Shown in pieces: positions 56,280 through 64,000 of a stretch of 64,000 nt of DNA. Under the pieces are notes generated by a model, which saw only the letters and a list, made by a program, of their open reading frames with translations, did no database searches and was not told the origin of the DNA. The DNA comes from Flavobacteriaceae bacterium UBA3611 (GTDB taxonomy: Bacteria > Bacteroidota > Bacteroidia > Flavobacteriales > Flavobacteriaceae): the NCBI GenBank assembly GCA_002375495.1, contig DFLU01000005.1, positions 103,503 through 167,502 of the forward strand. The letters are read 5' to 3'. A program made the position numbers and the translations under genes. Within the stretch, counting starts at the first letter, position 1; each line of letters opens with the position of its first letter.

Positions 56280-57950
56280 ATGGAAAAATCAAACTTTTCA
56301 TTCCTCTTTTTTTTGAAGGTAGTATTCATGCTGAGCAGTTTACTATCATCATCATCATATTGTTTCGCGCAACAAACAGTGGATAGCACTGCCTATTTCT
56401 ACAACAAGATTTTAAACCCTGATTCTGCAGACGATCTAGTCGTTAGTTACGTGTACTTCAAAAAATATAAAGAAGAGAAAGGTATAGACCAAGACACTCT
56501 TGGACTTGTTTTCACATACCAAATGTTAGCAATGGCGGAATATAAATTGGGCCAAATCTACGCTAGTGAACAATCAGCCATTGAGGCTCTTAAATTGAAA
56601 GAGATTGCTTCAGATGTATTACAGTTTCCCGACGGGACCGAAAGTCGCATCAATAATCATTTAGGCATGGTCTACAGAACTACCGCCCAACCTGAAAAAG
56701 CTATACAAATCTATTCTAAAGCCTTATCGAAAAACAAAAGCTTAAAGGATAGCCTTATACTCTTAAACAACTTAGCGAATGCCCATCGGGATAGCGGAAA
56801 CTATGATGAGGCAGTTGACTTATTGACGTCAGTTGTTAGAAGAAATAAAAAATTGAACAATCCGGTTGAAACAGCCAGGGCGTTGGATAATTTGGGATAT
56901 ACACAAGCATTGGCTAATGACCCGAAAGGACTAGAAAACATGTTGGAAGCACTAGAACTTCGGAAAGAATTAGGCAATCCTGGCCAACTTTTTACAAGTT
57001 ATAATCATCTTACCGAATACTACGCATCCATAGGCGATACCACCACTGCTAGAATGTATGCCGTTTTGGGAAAGAATCTCGCGAAAAAGGTGAGCACAAA
57101 ATATCGTCAAGAGGCCCTTGAGTCTTACTTTGCGTTAAGTGATGATCCCGAAATTGTGGAATACATTCGTAATAACGACAGTATCACAAAAGCGTCCCTT
57201 CAAAATGATATCAAATTCGCGAGTATCAAATATGACTTTTCAAAAGAACAAGAACGAACCCAGGTTGCGCAACTAGAACGTCAGAAAGAAAGTCAAAGGA
57301 AAAATCTCTTTAAGGTCATTGGGCTATTTATATTATTGCTGGGTATAGCGTTATATTTCGTATTGAAGTATCGCCATCGAAAGGAGAAAGTTGAAGAAAT
57401 CTATCGAACCGAATCCCGAATTTCTAAAAAAGTACATGATGAAGTAGCTAATGATCTTTATCAAATTATGAGCAAAATACAGACCTCTATCCAATCAAAT
57501 GATACAATACTCGATGATTTAGATTCGGTATACCACAAAACCCGGGATATTTCAAAAGATTATGGACTAATTGAACCGGAAGAAGAATTCGGCGAACTCT
57601 TAAACGACCTGCTCCTAAACTATCAAAACGACCAAGTGAATGTGATCTCCAAAAACTTGCTTCGTATCGATTGGAATGGCTTGGCAACCGAAAAAAAGAT
57701 TGCCCTCTATCGAGTGTTACAGGAGTTAATGACCAATATGCGCAAGCATAGCGAAGCCTCATTAGTAGTGGTTTCAGCAGAAAAGCTGGGAAGTAAATAT
57801 GTTGTTGAATATACCGATAACGGTACGGGTGGCCCTATAAAAATAGGCAACGGACTCCGAAATGCGGAAAACCGTATTCACTCGGTAAAGGGAACGATTA
57901 TATTTGAACCAACCGAAAGAAATGGCTTCAAGGCAAAAATAAAGTTGTAG
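56280..57950 (+). CDS. TPR-repeat sensor histidine kinase (HisKA_3 type)
   Basis: Signal-like N-terminus, TPRs (NNHLG, LNNLA, LDNLG), TM helix, KKVHDEVAN H-box, ELMTNMRKHS, DNGTG, GNGLRN. Confidence 0.93.
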   Translation: MEKSNFSFLFFLKVVFMLSSLLSSSSYCFAQQTVDSTAYFYNKILNPDSADDLVVSYVYFKKYKEEKGIDQDTLGLVFTYQMLAMAEYKLGQIYASEQSAIEALKLKEIASDVLQFPDGTESRINNHLGMVYRTTAQPEKAIQIYSKALSKNKSLKDSLILLNNLANAHRDSGNYDEAVDLLTSVVRRNKKLNNPVETARALDNLGYTQALANDPKGLENMLEALELRKELGNPGQLFTSYNHLTEYYASIGDTTTARMYAVLGKNLAKKVSTKYRQEALESYFALSDDPEIVEYIRNNDSITKASLQNDIKFASIKYDFSKEQERTQVAQLERQKESQRKNLFKVIGLFILLLGIALYFVLKYRHRKEKVEEIYRTESRISKKVHDEVANDLYQIMSKIQTSIQSNDTILDDLDSVYHKTRDISKDYGLIEPEEEFGELLNDLLLNYQNDQVNVISKNLLRIDWNGLATEKKIALYRVLQELMTNMRKHSEASLVVVSAEKLGSKYVVEYTDNGTGGPIKIGNGLRNAENRIHSVKGTIIFEPTERNGFKAKIKL

Positions 57951-57951
57951 T

Positions 57952-58617
57952 ATGTTTTCAAAAGTATTGGTCTCTGACGATCTGGACTGTATCAATTCGG
58001 GTGTAGCCAACACCTTAACTTTATTGGGCGTGAACGATATCGTCAAGGTACAATACTGTGATGACGCCTATCTAAAAATAAAGAGTGCGGCCTTAAAAGA
58101 ACATCCCTTCGAACTCTTGATTACCGATCTCTCTTATGTGCCCGACCATCGGGAACAGAATTTTAATTCGGGCGAGGAGCTTATTGCCATCATCAAGAAA
58201 GAGCATCCAGAGGTAAAAATCATTGTGTATTCTGTGGAAGACCGCAAACAGCGGGTTGCCAACATTATGAACGAACTCAAGGCAGATGCTTATGTGTGCA
58301 AAGGCAGAAACGGATTAAAGGAATTGGAACAGGCCATTACAAGCGTGTATAACGGCCAAACCTATCTCTCTACCCAACTTCAACACCTACTGCATAAAAG
58401 TTCGCATTCAGAAATAGACGATTTTGACATAGAGTTGGTGCGTCTCTTATCGCTTGGCCATTCCCAAGAGGAAATCAGTACGCTATTTAAAGATCGAGAT
58501 GTGAGTCCGAGTAGTCTAAGCTCCATCGAAAAGCGGCTGAATCGTTTAAAAATTCAGTTTAAGGCAAACAATGCCATTCATTTGGTGAGTATTGTAAAGG
58601 ATTTGGGCTTAATTTAG
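57952..58617 (+). CDS. Response regulator (REC plus C-terminal HTH)
   Basis: VSDD, LITDLS phosphoacceptor, AYVCKG; C-terminal LGHSQEEIS...SSIEKRLNRLK. Confidence 0.92.
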   Translation: MFSKVLVSDDLDCINSGVANTLTLLGVNDIVKVQYCDDAYLKIKSAALKEHPFELLITDLSYVPDHREQNFNSGEELIAIIKKEHPEVKIIVYSVEDRKQRVANIMNELKADAYVCKGRNGLKELEQAITSVYNGQTYLSTQLQHLLHKSSHSEIDDFDIELVRLLSLGHSQEEISTLFKDRDVSPSSLSSIEKRLNRLKIQFKANNAIHLVSIVKDLGLI

Positions 58618-58658
58618 ATTTTGGTAGTTTGTAAAAATGCAACATCAAAAATTACAGT

Positions 58659-59264
58659 ATGAAAATTAAGTATATTATTACAATTATCCTTTTAGTTTTG
58701 ATGCAATTTAATTGCTCTAATGGTCCTGAAATCAAAACAGAAACTAAAAAACTGATTGAAAATAGAAGTATCTATTTAAATGGAGGTCTAAACGCTAATT
58801 TTGGAGGAAAGTCAAGAACGGTATTGAAAATAGATTTGCCGCCAAACACGGTTGAATGGTATTATAGTTTTTCAACCACAAAAGGTGAGAGCGGAACACA
58901 AAATTTGAACTTAGCAATTCAGTTAGCCGCCTTGATGGCTGACTCAAGTGGTTTAACGTCAGGTATTCTATCTTCCATAAAAGTACCGGAGGGCGTTGCA
59001 TCTGCAGACATTTATTTATTGGACAAAACTAACATGGCTAAGTTCATCGCAAAGGAGGACTTTGATGGTGAGCAAATTTCATATGCTATGGAAGGCACTG
59101 TGGAAAGTACTAAACAAGCTGTTGTAAGAATAAATGATATTACTTCGGGAACTGTTTATTTAGGCTTAAAAAATCCGAGCACCATGAATAGTGTCACAAT
59201 AAATATAGAAGTAGTAGCAATTACGGAATCAACAATCGAGCCCATATTGGTTAAAACGCCATAA
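58659..59264 (+). CDS. Secreted/lipoprotein of unknown function
   Basis: Signal peptide with possible lipobox QFNC; GGKSR..LPPNTVEWYYSF segment. Confidence 0.7.
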   Translation: MKIKYIITIILLVLMQFNCSNGPEIKTETKKLIENRSIYLNGGLNANFGGKSRTVLKIDLPPNTVEWYYSFSTTKGESGTQNLNLAIQLAALMADSSGLTSGILSSIKVPEGVASADIYLLDKTNMAKFIAKEDFDGEQISYAMEGTVESTKQAVVRINDITSGTVYLGLKNPSTMNSVTINIEVVAITESTIEPILVKTP

Positions 59265-59314
59265 ACAGGTGAATTTGTAAAATTTGCTGCTTTATTTAGC
59301 GTAAGTACCACACC

Positions 59315-59328
59315 TACGGATTTCCGTA
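59315..59328 (+). promoter_or_regulatory. Putative response-regulator box (second family)
   Basis: TACGGATTTCCGTA palindrome; TATCATTG 22 nt downstream. Confidence 0.6.
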
Positions 59329-59399
59329 AAGTAATTACATTCATTATTCATATCATTGGGTGTTTGATAGCCAAAAGGCTTTCACATTGGGGAGCATAG

Positions 59400-59430
59400 A
59401 AAAGACACTGTAAAAGGTGTCTTTTTTTTT
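59400..59430 (+). terminator. Intrinsic terminator
   Basis: AAAAGACAC-TGTAAAAG-GTGTCTTTT followed by further Ts. Confidence 0.8.
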
Positions 59431-59434
59431 GTGG

Positions 59435-59479
59435 TTACGGATTACCGTAAGGAAAATGTGGTTTTGAATTGTAGGTTTG
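59435..59479 (+). promoter_or_regulatory. Response-regulator box plus -7 element
   Basis: TTACGGATTACCGTAA (59435-59450) and a perfect TAGGTTTG (59472-59479). Confidence 0.7.
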
Positions 59480-59502
59480 GACAAACTAACAACCAACTCC
59501 CG

Positions 59503-60219
59503 ATGAAAATTACTACGCTTACTTTACTTCTACTCCTTTTAATTGTTCCTAAATCGAATGCCCAAGACGACGGTCTTCTCGGAGCTGTAGCAGGTGTTGC
59601 TGCTATAGGCGCCGTCATTGTAGCAGTAGACCAAATGAAGGAACAAGCTGAGCTGAATGCCACCGAATGGTTACTCAACAACCATCCTGAAATGAATAGT
59701 TTTTCTCTCAAAACGCTTTCGTTTGATGGAAAAAAAGCCAAGGATATGTCATCGGTTTCGGTAATTACTTATAAAATCCAAGAGTTTGAACTGCAGGATA
59801 AACCAGAATTGGATGGTAAAAAATATGTTTTATTTGGTTTCACAAGTTACGGCTGGGCCAATGAAATGGGTGTTGATTTAAACCGAATTATCTGGCATAT
59901 GATTGATAAAGAAGAGTGGATAAACATGATGGTAGCATACGTAAAAACAGCTTCTCAGGAACAAAATGAAGAAAAAATTAGAGATTTATTAAAAAGCGGC
60001 AAAATTGTAAATAAAGGCGTGCGTGAAGGATTTGATCTTACTATACCATTTTATCGGATGAATGGTGACATGTATTCCGTACAGGACTATAATGAGATGA
60101 TGAAGTTAATCTATAATGAACGGTCATTAGGCATCTACCTAAAAGCAACTGAAAATCTGGTACAAATTGGAAGAGGCGACATAATTGATATTCATGAGTT
60201 TTTTACGGAAAACGATTAG
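59503..60219 (+). CDS. Secreted hypothetical protein
   Basis: Start moved to MKITTLTLLLL (signal peptide); the ORF-track N-terminus overlaps the promoter. Confidence 0.75.
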   Translation: MKITTLTLLLLLLIVPKSNAQDDGLLGAVAGVAAIGAVIVAVDQMKEQAELNATEWLLNNHPEMNSFSLKTLSFDGKKAKDMSSVSVITYKIQEFELQDKPELDGKKYVLFGFTSYGWANEMGVDLNRIIWHMIDKEEWINMMVAYVKTASQEQNEEKIRDLLKSGKIVNKGVREGFDLTIPFYRMNGDMYSVQDYNEMMKLIYNERSLGIYLKATENLVQIGRGDIIDIHEFFTEND

Positions 60220-60279
60220 TTGTCAAAAGAAAACTTTAGCACTTATTTTAATACGAAACTAATTTTAAAAAAACATATT

Positions 60280-60411
60280 ATGGCAAAATCAAGCGGACTT
60301 AAAAACGCGCCTAGCACCACAGGGCGTCCATCAGGAAAAGGCAGGAGCAACAACCCTTCGAAAATTTCTGGTGGCAATACTTCAACAAATAAAGGTACTA
60401 GCAAAAAATAA
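60280..60411 (+). CDS. 43-aa basic Gly/Ser/Lys-rich peptide
   Basis: ATG after an A-rich leader; MAKSSGLKNAPSTTGRPSGKGRSNNPSK... Confidence 0.55.
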   Translation: MAKSSGLKNAPSTTGRPSGKGRSNNPSKISGGNTSTNKGTSKK

Positions 60412-60458
60412 TTAGTTGGCCTTCAAGCGTCAAGTTCAAATATAAAATCGATTGATCT

Positions 60459-60692
60459 ATGAAATCATCCTCACAAACTCCAAACTATAAAGAAAAATTC
60501 CTTGAACGTTATAAAGACAAAGATCAAAATGAGCTTTTAATAGAGCTTATTTGGGTTCTTCGAAAAAATTTCGATAAAAATGAAAAGATTCGCGAGAATA
60601 CGTCGAAATTAGTTTGGTGGTTGATTGCTATTCCAATAATTATCGGACTTATAATTGGGTTTATTTCATTAGCAGGTATTGCTTCCTTGTAG
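60459..60692 (+). CDS. Small protein with C-terminal TM helix
   Basis: 77 aa ending LVWWLIAIPIIIGLIIGFISLAGIASL. Confidence 0.65.
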   Translation: MKSSSQTPNYKEKFLERYKDKDQNELLIELIWVLRKNFDKNEKIRENTSKLVWWLIAIPIIIGLIIGFISLAGIASL

Positions 60693-60785
60693 ACTCAAAA
60701 AATTAAACTAATTCAACTTTTGTAAAACCTATAAGTTTCCTAGTAAAGTATGAATATTGATTAACAAGTTGAAATAAATCAAATA

Positions 60786-61148
60786 ATGAAAAAAGCACTT
60801 CTTTTATTCCTATTCCTAAATGCGTCCGTATCAATTATAACTGTCCATGCTCAATCTATGAGCTGCCAAGAAGTTTTTGAAATTGTCACCGAGAATTATG
60901 ACTCTAAAAACCAAGTGTCTTGCTATGGTTCTAGTATGTTAACCAAAGCTATTTATTATAAACTAGACGGGATGGGATTTGTAGTCGCATACCTGAAATC
61001 AAACGAATTCGATTTCAAAGGCAGACCTTACATCTTTTGTGGTATTTCTGATGCCCGTTGGAGATCATTTAAATCGGGTGGAATGTATGGTTCGTGGGGT
61101 GAATCGTTTCATGAGTATATTAGGGATTATACGTGTGATTGTGATTAA
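60786..61148 (+). CDS. Secreted protein with KTSC-like domain
   Basis: Signal peptide; SSMLTKAIY...Y.FCGI...W..F....S.G..FHEYIRDY resembles the KTSC consensus. Confidence 0.6.
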   Translation: MKKALLLFLFLNASVSIITVHAQSMSCQEVFEIVTENYDSKNQVSCYGSSMLTKAIYYKLDGMGFVVAYLKSNEFDFKGRPYIFCGISDARWRSFKSGGMYGSWGESFHEYIRDYTCDCD

Positions 61149-61270
61149 GCACGCCCACGACATGATATCGACTAAAACGTACGAAACCATCACTGGAAAC
61201 TAAGTGAATCTACGTATACCAGAAATTGAATGATTCTGCTATATTTGAAAATCAACTAACGCAACTCCCA

Positions 61271-64000
61271 TTGGAACCCAACCAAAACCCAGAACAACTT
61301 GCACGCGACCGGATTGACGAAATGCTTCGTGAGGCAGGATGGGTTGTGCAATCTAAAAATCAAGTTGATCTATCAGCAAATATTGGTGTTGCCCTACGAG
61401 AGACGAATACAGCTTCTGGCTCTGCAGACTATATGCTGTTTGTTAATAGAAATCCCGTGGGTGTTATAGAAGCCAAGCGTGAAGACGAGGGGCATAGACT
61501 AACGATGGTTGAAGAACAATCTGAACGATATGCCACTGAGGCCATTAAAATAGGTTCGTTTACACTTGAAGGAATTAAGCCATTTGTGTACGAGAGTACT
61601 GGGACGATTACTCGCTTTACCAACTATCGAGATCCGAAACCAAGAGGCAGAAATGTTTTTAGCTTTCATAAGCCCGAGACTTTAGCCGATTGGCTAAAAA
61701 AAGATAAAAGTCTTCGTGAGCGATTGTTATCAATACCAGACCTTGATGAATCCGGACTCCGTCCCGCTCAAATCGTAGCCATCAATAACTTGGAAAATTC
61801 TTTTAAAAAGAATAGACCCAAGGCGTTAATCCAAATGGCCACGGGTGCTGGAAAAACCTTCACAGCCGCAACTTTTGTGTATCGTTTGCTCAAACACGCC
61901 GATGCAAAACGAATATTATTTTTGGTAGACACCAAAAACCTTGGAGAACAGGCAGAACAGGAGTTTATGACCTTCCAACCAAATGATGACAACCGAAAAT
62001 TCACTGAATTGTATAACGTGCAGCGATTATCTTCAAGCTACATTGCTTCAGATAGTCAAGTGTGCATTTCAACCATACAACGCCTCTACTCTATTCTAAA
62101 AGGTGAAGAATTAGACGAGAGTGCAGAAGAAGCCAATCCAAATGAATCCCGATATTTATCGGGATGGCTGCAACAGAAAATGGCGAAGAACAAAGCCGTG
62201 CCAGTGGAGTACACCCCAAAAGTACCTATCGAACAATTCGATTTTATTGTTATTGATGAGGCGCACCGTTCTATTTATAACCTATGGAAACAGGTATTGG
62301 ATTATTTTGATGCGTTTCTAATTGGACTAACCGCTACACCAGATAAGAGAACCTTTGGTTTTTTTAATGAAAATGTGGTGAGTCAGTATACGTATGAAGA
62401 ATCGGTAACCGATGGTGTAAATGTGCCTTATGATGTGTACACGATTGAAACTGAAATTTCACAGAAAGGCGAAGTAGTAAAGGCTGGTTGGTTTGTTGAC
62501 AGGCGCGACAAACTCACGCGTAAAAAACGTTGGCAACAAGAAGATGAAGATACCGACTACAATCGCAATGATCTAGATAAAAAAGTAGTCAACCCTAGCC
62601 AAATCAGAAATATCATTCGTGAATTTAAAAGGGCTTTGAAAACTACGATTTATCCAAATCGTATTGATTCAAATGGAGAATACGAAGTACCTAAAACATT
62701 AGTCTTTGCCAAAACTGATAGCCACGCAGACGATATCATAAAGATCATCAGGGAAGAATTTGACGAAGGCAACGACTTTTGTAAAAAAGTAACGTACAAA
62801 ATTGAAGAAGACCCGAAATCGGTGTTGAATCGCTTTCGTAATTCATATTATCCAAGAATTGCCGTAACTGTTGATATGATTGCCACAGGTACAGACGTAA
62901 AACCTTTGGAGGTATTGTTATTTATGCGGGATGTTAAAAGCATCAACTATTTTGAACAAATGAAAGGTCGTGGCACACGAACTATTAATAGCGATTCTTT
63001 ACAACTTGTATCCAGAACAGCTAAAACAAAGACACATTTTGTCATAGTAGACGCGGTTGGTGCCACCAAGTCTAAAAAAACAGACAGCAGACCATTGGAA
63101 CGCAAACCAACTGTACCCATGAAAGATTTATTGGGGGCCGTAACCATGGGAGTTGCCGACGAAGATTTGTTCTTGTCTCTGGCCAATCGATTGATACGTT
63201 TGGAAAAACAAATCACGGAAAAAGAAAAAGATAAATTATTGGAATTTTCTGGTGGCAAAAACTTAAAGCAGATCACCAAAGAACTCATTACAGCATACGA
63301 TCAAGATGCCATTGAAACCAGAGCGCAACTAGAAATTGACAAAATTCCTGTACAAGACCAAACCCCAGCGTTAATCGAAGAGGCAAAAAAGCACGCTCAA
63401 AATGCCCTTATTTTAGAAGCAACCAAAACATTTAATGGTGAGCTCAACGAATATTTAGACAACGTTCGCAAGCAACATGAACAAATTATTGATAGCATAA
63501 ACATAGATACCGTTACAAAGAGCGAATGGGAAACCACTTCTGTGGATAAAGCAACCCAAATCATCAAAGATTTTAGCGAATATCTCGAAGCAAACAAAGA
63601 CGAAATTACCGCGCTAAGTATATTCTACGACCAACCTTATAATCGCAGAAACATCACCTTTAACATGATAAAGGAGGTATTTGAAAAACTAAAGCTTGAA
63701 AAGCCTACGTTGGCACCAGATTACGTTTGGGAAGCCTATGTCACCTTGAGCGCTGTCGAAAGGTCGCAACAACCAAAAGAGGAACTAACAGCCTTAGTTT
63801 CCCTAATTAGAAAAGTGTGCGGCATCGATAGCGAGTTAAAGCCTTTTGATAAAACCATAGATGAAAATTTCAAAAACTGGATGTTTAAGCAAAATGCGGG
63901 GCAACACAACCGTTTTACACCAGAGCAAGTAGAATGGTTACGAATGATTAAAGACCACGTCGTGAGCAGTTACCATATCGAATTGGACGATTTAGACTAT
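61271..64000 (+). CDS. hsdR: Type I restriction enzyme R subunit (EcoAI/EcoEI-like), 3' end outside window
   Basis: Absent from the ORF track (no stop in window). Probable TTG start (MEPNQNPEQLARDRID; alternative ATG 61322); ADYML..VIEAK nuclease motif, MATGAGKT Walker A, DEAH, GLTATP, QMKGRGTR. Confidence 0.93.
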   Translation, partial: MEPNQNPEQLARDRIDEMLREAGWVVQSKNQVDLSANIGVALRETNTASGSADYMLFVNRNPVGVIEAKREDEGHRLTMVEEQSERYATEAIKIGSFTLEGIKPFVYESTGTITRFTNYRDPKPRGRNVFSFHKPETLADWLKKDKSLRERLLSIPDLDESGLRPAQIVAINNLENSFKKNRPKALIQMATGAGKTFTAATFVYRLLKHADAKRILFLVDTKNLGEQAEQEFMTFQPNDDNRKFTELYNVQRLSSSYIASDSQVCISTIQRLYSILKGEELDESAEEANPNESRYLSGWLQQKMAKNKAVPVEYTPKVPIEQFDFIVIDEAHRSIYNLWKQVLDYFDAFLIGLTATPDKRTFGFFNENVVSQYTYEESVTDGVNVPYDVYTIETEISQKGEVVKAGWFVDRRDKLTRKKRWQQEDEDTDYNRNDLDKKVVNPSQIRNIIREFKRALKTTIYPNRIDSNGEYEVPKTLVFAKTDSHADDIIKIIREEFDEGNDFCKKVTYKIEEDPKSVLNRFRNSYYPRIAVTVDMIATGTDVKPLEVLLFMRDVKSINYFEQMKGRGTRTINSDSLQLVSRTAKTKTHFVIVDAVGATKSKKTDSRPLERKPTVPMKDLLGAVTMGVADEDLFLSLANRLIRLEKQITEKEKDKLLEFSGGKNLKQITKELITAYDQDAIETRAQLEIDKIPVQDQTPALIEEAKKHAQNALILEATKTFNGELNEYLDNVRKQHEQIIDSINIDTVTKSEWETTSVDKATQIIKDFSEYLEANKDEITALSIFYDQPYNRRNITFNMIKEVFEKLKLEKPTLAPDYVWEAYVTLSAVERSQQPKEELTALVSLIRKVCGIDSELKPFDKTIDENFKNWMFKQNAGQHNRFTPEQVEWLRMIKDHVVSSYHIELDDLDY
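63739..63765. repeat. REP-like element in frame within hsdR
   Basis: TGTCACCTTGAGCGCTGTCGAA matches the reverse complement of the intergenic monomer (11617-11638) at 19 of 22 positions; encodes VTLSAVE. Confidence 0.75.

Overview
Chromosomal segment of a Flavobacteriaceae-like (Bacteroidota) bacterium, judged from gene content and TAnnTTTG-type -7 promoter elements. 0-29 kb: core genes (metK behind a SAM-II long-loop riboswitch, alaS, M23 peptidase/MerR, lemA-TPM-TPM, der, era) plus a TPR histidine kinase/NarL-type regulator cluster. In that cluster five promoters share one 16-bp palindrome, and the region carries many heptamer and REP-like repeats. 29.5-52.4 kb: a putative low-oxygen/dormancy island with seven universal stress proteins, HPF, D-lactate dehydrogenase, an ATP-cone-nuclease + beta-CASP pair, Mla-type ABC genes, a FixL-like PAS kinase and a REC-CRP/FNR regulator. 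Eleven FNR-like TGAY-N4-RTCA boxes there (one ends CTCA) each sit exactly 23 nt from a -7-like element. 52.7-64 kb: an accessory/defence region. It holds an AT-rich TIR-SLATT-(TM)TIR operon (candidate non-canonical Thoeris-like system), an rtcB 3' remnant, and an unannotated 55-aa poly-proline lipopeptide gene ahead of a second TPR kinase/regulator pair. It ends with small secreted proteins and a type I restriction hsdR that runs off the window end. No rRNA, tRNA, CRISPR array or transposase was seen. All family calls come from motif recognition by eye; no database search was run.
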